NCBI RefSeq assembly: GCF_001447785.1
Contig: NW_015173145.1
Coordinates: 131,967-195,966, forward strand
DNA: 64,000 nt
Source of the DNA: Gekko japonicus
Lineage: Eukaryota
Direction of reading: 5' to 3'
Under the pieces are notes generated by a model that saw only the letters and a program-made list of their open reading frames with translations, ran no database searches and was not told where the DNA came from. Both the position numbers and the translations under genes were made by a program. The number at the start of each line of letters is the position of its first letter. The first letter of the stretch is position 1. Shown piece after piece: positions 62,161-64,000 of the stretch.

Positions 62161-63639
62161 AGAGGCAAAGGAGACGGCCACGAAAGGGTCGTGCATCACC
62201 AGACACATGCTTTAAAAAAATTCCTCTGTCCCAAAACGTGGGAGGGCCAGCAGCAGTGGACGGAAGCAGATCTTTGCTCCCTAAACCAGTCTTTCTTTCT
62301 TTCTTACTCTACTCCTCTGGCCTATAGGACTTGAGTAGCATTTCTCAAACATAACAGGGAATCTGAGGGAGAAAGGAAGAATTCAGACCAGACAGGGCTT
62401 GTACGTACATACATTACAAAGACCACTGTTCTCTTGTAAGTTGCCCGAACTGAACTCTCATGGCTTGAACTAAAAAATGTAGCTAAAATGAGTGTATTTT
62501 CTGCTCTTGAATCTGCTAGTAAATTTAAAAACAAGGATATCTACGGATGACTGAGTCTACTGTTTGTGTCAAAGGTTCAAACTATTTCTGTCTCACCTTA
62601 TTCTACCAGGGGACATTCAAATAAAACATGTCTTATAGATTAAATAGCTCCTAAACCACAGCTCCAGCATCTGCTGGCGGATGGTATGCCCAATGCGCGG
62701 TGCCCCAAATTAGTAAAATACATTAGTCATCGTGGTGAAGAACGGATGGAAAACTGAAGATATCCTGCAAAAATGTAGCCACCGTCCGTTTCACTTGACA
62801 TGTTCCACCAAAACAATATGCTTTTCTAAAATGAATTACTGAGTTCAACCAGTAAATATTAATTCAGCTGCAAAATTACCAAGTAAGAAACTTAGAGAAG
62901 AAAGCCCCTTTAGATTACAAGGCCTTTCAAATCTATCAGGAGATCTGATAGGTTGGAACAGTACCGTGGCAATTTCTACCACCAGCTGACAAGCCATATG
63001 GGGAAGGATCGAGAGATCGGTTTTCCTGTGATTTCAGAGGACACGAATTCTGGTTGAAGACAGGCAAGATACCAACTTGGGGCTTTACCCTTCCCATATA
63101 TAATGACAGAAGTTTGAGAACCATGAAACGCAAAAGCAGACTGAAACAAATTGCATTTCTCAACAGGGCCGGCAGGGGCCTTCTTTTCCTTTCCGAGGGC
63201 AAAAACAAATTCAGCAAACGGCAGCAACGGAGAAAGCCCTCTTACGGCAGCCTCCCCTTATTTGTTATTTTTAGCCTCCCCGTCTGACAACGCCCGACAA
63301 CTAAGCCGTCTGAGAATAGTAAAGAGGAGGGATTATCAAGTAGGACCAGGGAACACACACAACCAGAACCACTTCCTCCAGTAAGGAAGAGTGCGCGTTT
63401 TCCACATCCTTTCGAGCTTCACAACGTCTGAGCGCTCTGAAATACCACATTTAAAAATGGAACATAACTGGTGCCATAATGGAAACAGATAGTGCTTTCT
63501 GGAAACAGAGCGTTGTTACGCTACTTGTGCGTCGGGTTTCCTTAAAAACAAGGGAAGCAAAACATTATTTTTTCCTCCCAGCACTGTTGAACTAACCTGG
63601 GAGCTGCACACGACCTATTACAACGCTTCTGAAATTGTT

Positions 63640-63750
63640 TCAGATGGTCAGCCGTGTTGGCCTGAAGCAACAGGACCAATTGAGAGTCCATACCTCGAAT
63701 AAACCTTTGCTGGTCTTAAAGGTGCCATTGGACTCTAATTTGGTTCTGAA
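63640..63750. mobile_element. Penelope-derived repeat fragment
   Basis: cagccgtgttggcctgaagc...gctggtcttaaaggtgccattggactc. Confidence 0.65.
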
Positions 63751-64000
63751 TTTTTTCTGTTCTCTTTCCTTCTCCCCTCTCCCTCGTATATACCTCCCCC
63801 CACACACACACACACACACCAAGGGTCTGACTAGTATCAGGAAGTTTTAGAGCTTTTGCTTTCCCGGGCTGTAATCCCAGCCTCACTGTGCCTTGGGGGT
63901 GTCACGTGCCCAGCAAGGCCAATATTTCCTAACCTCCTCCCTGCAGGGAGATTTCAGCGCAGAATGAGCAGCGGCAGGACTGCAAACCTTCCTAGTCTCT

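Noticed and set aside
35956-64000. Upstream PFDN1 exons
   Set aside because: I looked by eye for the ...KIAEEKIKELE exon on the minus strand and did not find it. It is probably outside the window; tBLASTn would settle this.

Overview
Repeat-rich vertebrate genomic DNA. Sauria and Squam3-like SINEs, BovB and CR1 point to a squamate reptile, possibly a gecko. Two genes lie tail-to-tail. CYSTM1 (+) has its first coding exon at 843-1095, a 28.9-kb phase-1 intron, and a last exon starting at 30000 whose cysteine-rich C-terminus falls in an N-gap. PFDN1 (-) contributes only its last coding exon (35870-35953); I found no upstream PFDN1 exon in the remaining 28 kb. Almost everything else is intronic or intergenic transposon sequence: about 13 Squam3-like tRNA SINEs, 6 Sauria SINEs, 4 5S-derived SINEs, CR1/L2/L1/RTE/BovB fragments, several MITE families (many copies with clean TSDs), two related solo LTRs, a DIRS gag remnant, and 8 mostly palindromic Penelope-derived repeats, several retaining parts of a minimal hammerhead core. 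Most entries in the ORF track are spurious or TE-derived. I found no convincing new biological system. The best leads are the Penelope/hammerhead palindromes, the gap-hidden CYSTM1 exon, a chimeric CR1 tail array, a CpG-rich mosaic MITE family, and an in-window SINE/LINE partner pair. All family and gene assignments come from recalled consensus features, not from database searches.
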